In this document: piece after piece, positions 28,729 through 40,790 of the stretch
Numbering within the stretch: position 1 is the first letter of the stretch
How the letters are laid out: each line of letters begins with the position of its first letter
NCBI GenBank assembly: GCA_035539655.1
Contig: DATLIC010000119.1
Span: 29,257 to 93,256 of the forward strand
Reading direction: 5' to 3'
Origin: Kofleriaceae bacterium
Lineage (GTDB): Bacteria > Myxococcota_A > Polyangia > Haliangiales > Haliangiaceae
DNA: 64,000 nt
Program-made: the position numbers and the translations under genes
Notes under the pieces: generated by a model
The model's database searches: none
What the model saw: the letters and a program-made list of their open reading frames with translations, nothing else
What the model was told of the DNA's origin: nothing

Positions 28729-31464
28729 ATGAAACGGTCTCTGCTCGCCGGCCTCGTGATCGCGCTGCTCGCCGCGGCCTTCGCGGTGTGGTTCTTCGGG
28801 ATCCGCAGCCGCTCGCCGGCAAGGACGCGCAGCGCCACCGCCGCCACCGAGCGGGCCTCGCGCCCCGATCCGCGGGCCCGGCCCGAGCGCGGTGACGCCG
28901 ACGTCCGCGGCCAGGCCGGCGAGGCGGCGATCCTCGTCGACGACGATCCGGTCGGCGCCCTCCGCCTCGAGGGCCTGGTCCTCGGCCCCGACGACGAGCC
29001 GGTCGCCGGCGCGACCGTGGTGGTGTCGTCGAACCCGCGCCGCACCACGACCAGCAACGAGCAGGGCGAGTTCGCGTTCGACCGGCTGGTCGGCCGGCCC
29101 TACACGCTGATCGCGCGCGCCGCCGCCGGCGTCGGCGGCCCGGTCACCGCCAAGCTGACCGCGACCAGCGACCCGGTGGTGCTGCGCCTGCGCGCGGGCG
29201 GTGCGGTCGCGGTCACCGTCGTCGACCGCGCCCAGCAGCCGATCGGCGGCGCCACCGTCGAGCTGCGCGGCCTCGACGAGCAGCGCGCGGTCGCCGGCGC
29301 CGACGGTGTCGCCCGCTTCGAGCCGGTGGTGCCCGGCGGCTACGAGGTGGTCGCCCGCGCGGCGGGGTTCGCGCCCAGCTTCCAGTGGACCCCGGTCGCG
29401 ACCGCGCCGGTCGCGCTCACCCTGGTCCTCACCGCCGGCGCCCCGGTCGCCGGGGTCGTCGTCGATGACGCCGGCGCGCCGGTCGAGGGCGCGCGCGTCG
29501 TCTACCAGGGCGCGTCCGACTGGGGCATCCAGGCCGATCCGCGCCGCGACGGCGCGGTCACCGGCAAGGACGGCCGGTTCCGGTTCGAGGCGCTGCCGGC
29601 CGGCAGCTTCCGCTTCGTCGCCCGCCACGCCGAGCACGCGCCCGGCACCAGCGCGATCGTCACCCTCGACGGCGCCACCGCCAAGGACGGCGTCGAGGTC
29701 CGGATGCCGGCCGGCGCGACCGTCGCCGGCAAGGTCGTCGACGGCAACAAGCAGCCGGTCGCCTCGGCCCGGGTCCGCCTCGGCCCGGCCTCGCGCGGCA
29801 TGCTCGGCGCCGAGCCGCGCCAGGTGTTCACCGCCGAGGACGGCAGCTTCGTGGTCCGCGGCCTGGCCCGCCGGCCGCTGCACGCGGTCGCGCTGGCCGA
29901 GCGCGGCGCCTCCGACACGGTCGCGGTCGACACCACCGCCGGCGACGTGAAGGACGTCGTCCTCACCATCGACATCACCGGCACCATCGCCGGTGTCGTG
30001 GTCGATCGCGCCGGCGAGCCGCTCGAGGGCGTCCAGGTCTCGGCCATGCCCGACCTGCGCAGCGGCGGCGGCTTCGATCCGTCGAGCTTCCGGCTGCGCG
30101 GCTTCCCCCAGGAGCTGACCGACGCCGGCGGCCGCTTCGAGCTGGTCGGGCTCGCGCCCGGGACCTACCGGGTCTCCGCCAGCCGCAACCCGGGCAGCGG
30201 CCGCGGCCGGATGATCTTCGGCGAGGGCACCACCGCCCAGACCGGCGACAAGGACGTGCGCCTGGTCGTGCCCGCCGACGGCGGCGTCAAGGGCAAGGTC
30301 GCGTTCGCCGACGGCACGGTGCCGACCCCGTTCAGCGTCGGGCTCGGCTTCTCGTCGGAGCCGTTCGCGTCCAAGGACGGCAGCTTCGAGCTGCGCGACC
30401 TGTCGCCGCAGACGTATCGCCTGACCGTGCGCGGGCCGGGCTTCGACGAGAAGACCGTCGAGGTGACCGTGAAGGAGGGCGAGGTCACCGACGCCGGTCA
30501 GATCACCGTGGCCAAGGGCCGCCGCCTCGGCGGCCGGGTCACCTTCGACGGCCGGCCGGTCGCCGGCGCGACCGTGCTCGCCGGCCGGCAGATCTTCGGC
30601 AGCGGCAGCGCGAACACCGCCCAGTTCGGCGGCGGGCTACCGGGCCGGCAGAACACGCGCGAGGCCACCACCGACGAGGACGGCCGGTTCACGATCAGCG
30701 GCGTCGGTCCGGCCGACGTCGCCGTGGTCGCCGAGCACCCCGACCTCGGCCGGTCACCGGCGATCCGGGTCCAGCGCGGCGCGCCGGACGAGCAGGCGCT
30801 CGAGCTGGTCCTGGCCGCCTTCGGCACCCTGACCGGGACCTGCCGCGACGCCGGCGGCCCGGCCGAGGAGACCATGGTCACCGCCCAGTCGGTGACCGCG
30901 GCCAACGCGACGTACTCGGTGTCGACCGGCCCCGACGGGGTGTTCCGCTTCGACCGGCTGGCTCCCGACACCTACAAGGTCTCGGCCATGCTGGGCATGC
31001 CGATGCGCGGCATGTCGTTCTACTCGAAGCAGGTCACCGTCGCGTCGCGCCAGGAGGCGCGGGTCGACCTGACCGTCGACCAGGGCCCGATCACGCTGAC
31101 CCTCACCGTCACCGCGACCAACGGCGAGCTCACCGGCGGCCTGCTGTGGCTGTTCGATCGCCCGATCAGCGCCGGCAGCGGCCGCGAGCTGCAGCAGCAG
31201 GCGGCCGCGCTCCAGGGCCGGTCGACGCAGGCCATCCTGATGGGGCCGCGCCCGGTCCCGTTCGAAGGGCTGGTCGCCGGCGCCTACACGGTGTGCGCCA
31301 GCGTGCTGCCGGCCGGGCTGGCCGGCATGCAGGCCGGCATGGAGTACTTCCAGCGCCACGGTGACGAGCTGCCGGCGGTGTGCAAGCCGGTGACCGTGGC
31401 GCCGTCGCCGCCGGCGCAGACCGCGGCGCTCGAGGTCGAGCTGCCGCCGCGGCTGCCCGACTGA
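28729..31464 (+). CDS. Membrane-anchored protein made of repeated carboxypeptidase-regulatory-like (CarboxypepD_reg) beta-sandwich domains
   Basis: 911-aa ORF with an N-terminal TM helix (LLAGLVIALLAAAFAVWFF). At least eight repeats follow the pattern G-V-V-D-x-x-G-x-P-V-x-GA-x-V (for example VAGVVVDDAGAPVEGARVVY, VAGKVVDGNKQPVASARVRL, IAGVVVDRAGEPLEGVQVSA), each followed by a G-F-F-L-type strand. Confidence 0.85.
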   Translation: MKRSLLAGLVIALLAAAFAVWFFGIRSRSPARTRSATAATERASRPDPRARPERGDADVRGQAGEAAILVDDDPVGALRLEGLVLGPDDEPVAGATVVVSSNPRRTTTSNEQGEFAFDRLVGRPYTLIARAAAGVGGPVTAKLTATSDPVVLRLRAGGAVAVTVVDRAQQPIGGATVELRGLDEQRAVAGADGVARFEPVVPGGYEVVARAAGFAPSFQWTPVATAPVALTLVLTAGAPVAGVVVDDAGAPVEGARVVYQGASDWGIQADPRRDGAVTGKDGRFRFEALPAGSFRFVARHAEHAPGTSAIVTLDGATAKDGVEVRMPAGATVAGKVVDGNKQPVASARVRLGPASRGMLGAEPRQVFTAEDGSFVVRGLARRPLHAVALAERGASDTVAVDTTAGDVKDVVLTIDITGTIAGVVVDRAGEPLEGVQVSAMPDLRSGGGFDPSSFRLRGFPQELTDAGGRFELVGLAPGTYRVSASRNPGSGRGRMIFGEGTTAQTGDKDVRLVVPADGGVKGKVAFADGTVPTPFSVGLGFSSEPFASKDGSFELRDLSPQTYRLTVRGPGFDEKTVEVTVKEGEVTDAGQITVAKGRRLGGRVTFDGRPVAGATVLAGRQIFGSGSANTAQFGGGLPGRQNTREATTDEDGRFTISGVGPADVAVVAEHPDLGRSPAIRVQRGAPDEQALELVLAAFGTLTGTCRDAGGPAEETMVTAQSVTAANATYSVSTGPDGVFRFDRLAPDTYKVSAMLGMPMRGMSFYSKQVTVASRQEARVDLTVDQGPITLTLTVTATNGELTGGLLWLFDRPISAGSGRELQQQAAALQGRSTQAILMGPRPVPFEGLVAGAYTVCASVLPAGLAGMQAGMEYFQRHGDELPAVCKPVTVAPSPPAQTAALEVELPPRLPD

Positions 31465-31473
31465 GACCGCGGC

Positions 31474-32394
31474 TCAGACGAAGCTGAGCCAGTGGTCGTG
31501 CTTGGTGTCGCCGCCCTTCACGATCGCGAAGAACGACTCCTGGAGGGCGCGGGTGATCGGCCACTCGCCGCGGCCGATCTTGCGCTGGTCGAGCTCGCGC
31601 ACCGGGGTGATCTCGGCGGCGGTGCCGGTCAGGAAGATCTCGTCGGCGACGTACAGCTCGTCGCGGGCGATCATCTCCTCCTTGACCTCGACGCCCTGCT
31701 CGCGCAGGAGCTGGATCGCGGTGTCGCGGGTGATGCCGGCGAGGATCGCCGCCGAGCTCGGCGGGGTGCGGACCACGCCGTTCTTGACCACGAAGATGTT
31801 CTCGCCGGTGCCCTCGGCGACCTGGCCCTGCGGGTCGAGCATCAGCGCCTCGTCGTACCCGCTCTTGAGGGCGAGCCGCTTGGCCAGCACCGAGGTGACG
31901 TACTGGCCGCAGATCTTGCCCTTGTTCATGATCGCGTTGCCGTTGGCGCGGGTGTAGCCGCTGATGATGCAGCGGATGCCCTTCTTGAGGCCCTCGTCGC
32001 CGAGGTACGCGCCCCACTCGAACCCGGCGACCACGGTGCGGACCGGCGGCTCGAACGAGCCGAGGCCGAGCGCGCCCGAGCCGAGGTAGACCAGCGGCCG
32101 CAGGTAGCACGACGACATCTTGTTGGAGCGGACCACGTCGGCGCACGCCGCCATCACCTGCTCGCGGGTGTAGGGAATGTCCATCGTGCAGATCAGCGCC
32201 GAGTCGAACAGCCGATCGATGTGCTCGCGCAGGCGGAAGATCGCCGTGCGCCCGTCGGCCCGCGCGTAGGCGCGGATCCCCTCGAACGCGCCGACGCCGT
32301 AGTGCAGCGTGTGCGCGAGCATGTGGTCGACGGCGTCGTCCCAGGGAACGAGCTGACCATCGACCCAGATCGTGTCGACCTTCTGGATGCCCAT
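31474..32394 (-). CDS. ilvE: Branched-chain amino acid aminotransferase
   Basis: ATG 32394 (MGIQKVDTIWVDGQLVPWDDA) lies inside track ORF 31474..32505. Class IV aminotransferase blocks are HYGVGAFEGIRAY, EGTGENIFVVKNG and EIFLTGTAAEITPV. Confidence 0.95.
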   Translation of the reverse strand: MGIQKVDTIWVDGQLVPWDDAVDHMLAHTLHYGVGAFEGIRAYARADGRTAIFRLREHIDRLFDSALICTMDIPYTREQVMAACADVVRSNKMSSCYLRPLVYLGSGALGLGSFEPPVRTVVAGFEWGAYLGDEGLKKGIRCIISGYTRANGNAIMNKGKICGQYVTSVLAKRLALKSGYDEALMLDPQGQVAEGTGENIFVVKNGVVRTPPSSAAILAGITRDTAIQLLREQGVEVKEEMIARDELYVADEIFLTGTAAEITPVRELDQRKIGRGEWPITRALQESFFAIVKGGDTKHDHWLSFV

Positions 32395-32561
32395 GAGGCC
32401 TGCATACCAACCACGACCGGCGACATCAAGGTGCCAGCACAGACGGTGCCGCGGCGCGGTGTGTCTGTGTCGTGCCCGTGCCCGGTGTCTTCCCGACTCG
32501 CGCACGGCCCAGCTGGGGTGGGCACCGTCCTGCGCTCAGTGCCAGATGGGCATGGGGGTTT

Positions 32562-32604
32562 GGGGGACGTGATCGTCCCCCATCGGAGGAGGCCGAAGGC
32601 CTCC
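32562..32604 (-). other. Two adjacent perfect stem-loops in the glnE-ilvE spacer
   Basis: gggggacg-tgat-cgtccccc spans 32562-32581 and ggaggcc-gaa-ggcctcc spans 32588-32604. On the transcribed (minus) strand the second hairpin has a UUC loop. Confidence 0.5.
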
Positions 32605-32651
32605 GGAAGGGGGCTAACGTGCGTCCGGCACCAGGTTGGTGGTGGCACGTG

Positions 32652-32673
32652 TGCACCGCGCTGGCGCGGTGCA
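32652..32673 (-). terminator. 9-bp stem-loop about 40 nt downstream of the glnE stop
   Basis: tgcaccgcg-ctgg-cgcggtgca. No U-tract follows. Confidence 0.35.
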
Positions 32674-32710
32674 GGTCGCTCGTGAGAGCACCAGGCCACG
32701 TGGACGCGCG

Positions 32711-35665
<2,955 letters not shown>

Positions 35666-35678
35666 GCGGAGACTCTAC

Positions 35679-35708
35679 CTTGACAACCTACGCCCGCCGC
35701 ATTACCTA
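35679..35708 (+). promoter_or_regulatory. Candidate promoter upstream of dnaJ (TTGACA -35; a possible heat-shock sigma32-like arrangement)
   Basis: cCTTGACAA at 35679-35686 is followed 13 nt later by CATTAC, loosely resembling CTTGAAA-N13-15-CCCCATNT. The sigma70 -10 at 17-nt spacing (TACCTA) is poor. Confidence 0.3.
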
Positions 35709-35737
35709 GGCCTTCGATTTCGCTGGCCCAACCCAGG

Positions 35738-36847
<1,110 letters not shown>

Positions 36848-36852
36848 CGGGG

Positions 36853-36904
36853 GAACGGCTCCACAACCGTCGCGAGGGCCCGCAGCAGGTTGTGGGGGCC
36901 GTTC
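36853..36904. terminator. Imperfect long hairpin between convergent dnaJ and the CheB-domain kinase gene (possible bidirectional terminator)
   Basis: gaacggctccacaacc (36853-36868) pairs with ggttgtgggggccgttc (36888-36904) with one bulge and a 19-nt loop. Confidence 0.4.
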
Positions 36905-39425
36905 AGCGGAGGCCGGCGCGGCGGGCCAGGATCTCGTCGATGCGATCGAGATCGGGCGGCTTGATGACGTGCTCGTCGAAGCCGGCGGCGCGCGCGGTGG
37001 CGATGTCGCTGGGCGCGCCGTAGCCGGTCAGCGCGACCAGGAGGACGTCGTCGAGGTGGGGCCGGCGGCGGACCTCCTGGGCGACCTCGTAGCCGTTCAT
37101 GCCGGGCAGGCCGATGTCGATCAGGGCGACCTCGGGGCGCTCGCGCTCGATCGCCTCGAGGGCGGCGCGGCCGTCGTCGACGTCCACCACCTCGTGGCCG
37201 CTGGTCTCGAGCAAGAGGCGCAGCATCTCGCGCGAGTCGGCGAGGTCCTCGACCAGCACCACCCGGCACCGCCGCACCGCGCGCGGCTCGGGCCGATCGG
37301 GCGGCGGCGGACGGCGGCGCAGCGGCAGGCGCACGATGAGCTCGGCGCCGCGACCGGGGCCGTCGCTGCGCGCCTCGATCGCGCCGCCGTGCAGCTCGAC
37401 GATGGTCCGGGTCAGCGACAGGCCGATGCCGAGGCCGCCGAGCGGGCGATCCAGGTGCTGCGCGGCCTGGACGAACAGCTCGAAGATCTGGCCGAGCAGC
37501 TCGGCCTCGATGCCCATGCCGCGATCGATCACCCGCAGCACCGCGACGTCGCCGTCGCGGTCGAGGCGCAGCTCGACCCGGCTGCCCGGCGGTGAGTAGG
37601 TCGCGGCGTTGGCCAGCAGGTTGACCACCACCTGCTGCAGCCGGTCGGGGTCGCCGTGGATCGGGAACGGCGCGGCGGCGATCGCCACGTCGAGCTGCAG
37701 CTTGCGATCGGCGAACCGCGGGGCGGTCGCCTCGATCGCCGCCTCGATGGGCGCCCGCAGATCGCCGTCGGAGGTGCGCAGCTCGAAGGTGCCGCGGGTG
37801 ATGCGCGACACGTCGAGCAGGTCGTCGAGCAAGCGGGCCATGTGGCGGGCCTGGCGCTCGGCCACCGCCTGGCCCTTGAGCAGCACGTCGGGATCGAAGC
37901 GGCCGCGCTCGATGACCCGCAGCGCGCTCAGCACCGCGGCCAGCGGGTTGCGCAGCTCGTGCGACAGCATGGCGAGGAACTGCTCGCGGCGGCGGGCGGC
38001 GGTCCGGATCTCGGCCTCGGCCTGCTTGCGCTCGGTGACGTCGAGGCAGGTCACCACCGCGCCGACCACGGCGCCGCCCGCGCGGATCGGCGTGCTCCAG
38101 TACTCGATCGGCAGGCTGGTGCCGTCGCTGCGCCACAGCAGCTCGTCGTCGGCGTGGGTGGCGACGCCGTCGCGGACCGCGCGGTAGATCTCGCAGTCGG
38201 CCTCGTCGTGGGGCGTGCCGTCGGCGCGGGTCGGGTGGATCAGCGGGTGGATGGCGCGGCCGATCACCGGCTCGGCCGAGGTCAGGCCGACCATGCGCAG
38301 GAACGCCGGGTTGACGAACGTGCACCGGCCGTCGCGATCGAGGCCGAAGATCGCCTCGGCGGTCGAGTCGAGCAGCAGCTCGATGCGGGCCCGCCGCTCC
38401 TCGAGCTCGCGCTGGGCAGCGAGCAGCGGCGCGACCAGCTCGTCGTCGGCCGGGCGGGGCGGTCGCGGCGCGCGGGCGTCGAGGCCGTCGAAGGTGACCA
38501 GCAGGTGGCGCGGGCCGGTGCGCGGGTGGGGCAGCGGCTCGGCGGTCACCGTGCACCGCCGGTCGCCGTCGCCGTCGGGGACCCGGACCCCGGCGCAGGT
38601 GATCGCGGCGTCGTCGGCGACCGCGCGCTGGACCGCGCCGGCGACCGCCGCGCGCAGGTCGCCGTCGAGCATGTCGACCAGCTTGCGGGTCGGCCGCCGC
38701 CGCCCGACCTTGAGCAGATCCTCGGCGCCGCCGAAGCTGTCGATCAGCCGCAGGTCGGCGTCGACCAGCAGGCTCGGCGGCATGTAGCGATCGAGGAGCT
38801 GGTCGTAGGTGGCGAGCAGGTCGCGGTCGCCGCCGGGCGGCGCGGCGTCGCCCGGCCCGACGCCGGCGGTCAGCCCGCGCAGGACGCGGGCGAGGTCGCG
38901 CGGCGCGCCGCCGCCGCGGGCCCGGCCGGTGGTCTCGGCCAGCGCCCGGCCACCGGCGCGCTCGATCTCGGCCAGGCCGTGGGCGCCGTCGGGGCCGGTG
39001 CCGGCCAGCACGATCGCGATCGCCCGCGCGCCCTGGTCGAGCGCGAGCGAGCGCAGGAAGTGATCGATCGGCCGGGCGGCGCGGACCGGCTCGTCGGCGG
39101 CCAGGCGCAGGCGGCCGTCGCGCACGACCATCGGGGTCGCCGGCGGCACCAGGTGGATCTGGTCCGGCGTCACCACGGCGCCGTCGCTGGCCACCCGCAC
39201 CGGCATGGCGCTGTGACGGGCCAGGCGCTCGTCGAGGCCGCGCAGCTCGGGCGACGGGTGGGCCACCACGACGTAGCCCAGGCCGGTGTCGGCCGGCAGC
39301 TCGGCGAGGAGCTGCTCGAGCGACTCGAGGCCAGCGGCGGAGGCGCCGATCGCGACGACGCGGGCGGAGGTCGGCAGGACCGTGGCGACCTCGGCGGGGC
39401 TACTGCTGACGAGCTCGATCGACAT
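36903..39425 (-). CDS. Hybrid sensor kinase: CheB-type methylesterase domain, PAS domains, HisKA, HATPase_c and receiver
   Basis: The CheB_methylest block is VVAIGASAAGLESLEQLL...YVVVAHPSP...LAGTGPDGAHGL. A PAS_10-like and a second PAS follow, then the H-box (FLAMLSHELRNPL), N/G boxes (NLLANAATYS, DRGMGI, GGLGIGLSL) and REC (VVLVEDLADS...DIGLPGMNG...KP). The start is ATG 39425 (MSIELV...), with an alternative at ATG 39461; the track start at 39602 adds Arg-rich sequence. Confidence 0.88.
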   Translation of the reverse strand: MSIELVSSSPAEVATVLPTSARVVAIGASAAGLESLEQLLAELPADTGLGYVVVAHPSPELRGLDERLARHSAMPVRVASDGAVVTPDQIHLVPPATPMVVRDGRLRLAADEPVRAARPIDHFLRSLALDQGARAIAIVLAGTGPDGAHGLAEIERAGGRALAETTGRARGGGAPRDLARVLRGLTAGVGPGDAAPPGGDRDLLATYDQLLDRYMPPSLLVDADLRLIDSFGGAEDLLKVGRRRPTRKLVDMLDGDLRAAVAGAVQRAVADDAAITCAGVRVPDGDGDRRCTVTAEPLPHPRTGPRHLLVTFDGLDARAPRPPRPADDELVAPLLAAQRELEERRARIELLLDSTAEAIFGLDRDGRCTFVNPAFLRMVGLTSAEPVIGRAIHPLIHPTRADGTPHDEADCEIYRAVRDGVATHADDELLWRSDGTSLPIEYWSTPIRAGGAVVGAVVTCLDVTERKQAEAEIRTAARRREQFLAMLSHELRNPLAAVLSALRVIERGRFDPDVLLKGQAVAERQARHMARLLDDLLDVSRITRGTFELRTSDGDLRAPIEAAIEATAPRFADRKLQLDVAIAAAPFPIHGDPDRLQQVVVNLLANAATYSPPGSRVELRLDRDGDVAVLRVIDRGMGIEAELLGQIFELFVQAAQHLDRPLGGLGIGLSLTRTIVELHGGAIEARSDGPGRGAELIVRLPLRRRPPPPDRPEPRAVRRCRVVLVEDLADSREMLRLLLETSGHEVVDVDDGRAALEAIERERPEVALIDIGLPGMNGYEVAQEVRRRPHLDDVLLVALTGYGAPSDIATARAAGFDEHVIKPPDLDRIDEILARRAGLR

Positions 39426-39638
39426 CCCGACGAGCGCTGGCGCTGCAAGCGCTGCACCCATCGGAGATCGCCGGGTACGCCGCAGTTCCGGGTGGATAGC
39501 GCGTGGCGCCGGGTCCTCGACGTCGACGGGACCCGTGCTCCGGCGCGCGACTGCGCGCCGCCGCCACGCGTGGCGCAGCCGTCGCGGCCGGGTTCGCCGC
39601 ACCGCGGTAGCGACGACGCCCGACGACGCCGCGGTGCG

Positions 39639-40790
39639 CTACCCGAGCTGGTCGTAGAGCTTCACCAGCAGCTCGGTGCCGACGCCGGTCGAGATCAGGC
39701 GCTCGCGCGCGTCGGAGCTCATCGCCGCCAACCAGCCGAGCGCGCCGCCGTCGCCGAGCGCCAGCTCGAGGCCGTCGTCGCGGCGGACGTGGAGCTGGAT
39801 GAACGGCCCGGCGTAGTAGCCCAGGCCCTGCAGCCGGCCGAGATCGAACGCGACCGGGACCGCGGGATGGGTCGCGCGCAGCGGGGCCGCGACCTCGTCG
39901 ACGAGCGCGGCGGCCAGCCGCTGCGCCGGCGCCGGCAGGCCGAGGCGGGCGACGTCGCCGGCGAGGTCGGTGGTGGCGCGCGGCAGGTCGAGGCCGGCGG
40001 CGGCGAGCGCGGCGTCGGTCGAGCCCGGGCGATGGGCGGCGGCCTGGCGCGCCAGCGCGACCGGATCGGCGCCGGCGCGCTCGAGCGCGGCGCGGACCAG
40101 GCGCACGTCGGAGATCACCACGCGCAGCCCGGTGACGCGGAAGCCGGCGGCGGGCAGGCGCGCCATCACGTCGGCCCACACCCGCAGGTGCTCGACGAGG
40201 GCGCGGCGCTCGCACGCGTCGCGATCGCCGGCGCCGGCGGCGCGCGCCGCGGTGACCAGCGCGACCAGGCGGAAGTGCGGGGTGAAGCCGGGCACGTCGA
40301 CCGGCTGCATGCGCACGACCCGCTGGCTGGCGCACAGCCGGATCGGAGCGCGCGCGCCGGCGGCGCGGCGGCGCGCGGCCTCGAGGGCCAGGCCGCTGGT
40401 CGGATCGGCGGCCAGCTCGCCGAGGCGCAGGGTCGCCAGCGCGTGGTTGGGCTCGATGCCGCCGGCGGCGGCGGTGCCGAGCGGCAGCACCGGCGCCAGC
40501 TCGAGCGCGACGTGATCGGCGGCGGCGTCGAAGACGATCGCGTCGACCGCCAGCAGTCGGCGGGCGTCGGCGCTCGACGGCCGCGTCAGCGGCAGGCGCG
40601 CGGCGTGATCGCGGATCGCGATGAAGTCGCGGGCCCGCGCGCGCCGGCGGTGGGCGTGGAGCAGCAGCGTGGTCAGGTCGTTGCCGGGCAGGGCGACCAG
40701 CAGCTGGTCGAGCGCGAGCCCGGGGTGCGCGGCCGCGGCCCGGCGTGCGGCGTGGCCGGCCAGGCGGGCGGTGGGGTCGTCCGCGATCAT
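39639..40790 (-). CDS. Degenerate class II aminoacyl-tRNA-synthetase-like (HisRS/HisZ-like core) protein of unknown function
   Basis: ATG 40790 overlaps the antiporter stop (ATGA), inside track ORF 39639..42722. The C-terminal DLGRLQGLGYYAGPFIQL...LGDGGALGWL...LISTGVGTELLV aligns by eye with HisRS RGLDYYTG...GGGRYDGL...PAVGFAMGLERL. A motif-2-like IRLCASQRVVRMQPVDVPGFTPHFRLVALV is present. There is no anticodon-binding domain. Confidence 0.65.
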   Translation of the reverse strand: MIADDPTARLAGHAARRAAAAHPGLALDQLLVALPGNDLTTLLLHAHRRRARARDFIAIRDHAARLPLTRPSSADARRLLAVDAIVFDAAADHVALELAPVLPLGTAAAGGIEPNHALATLRLGELAADPTSGLALEAARRRAAGARAPIRLCASQRVVRMQPVDVPGFTPHFRLVALVTAARAAGAGDRDACERRALVEHLRVWADVMARLPAAGFRVTGLRVVISDVRLVRAALERAGADPVALARQAAAHRPGSTDAALAAAGLDLPRATTDLAGDVARLGLPAPAQRLAAALVDEVAAPLRATHPAVPVAFDLGRLQGLGYYAGPFIQLHVRRDDGLELALGDGGALGWLAAMSSDARERLISTGVGTELLVKLYDQLG

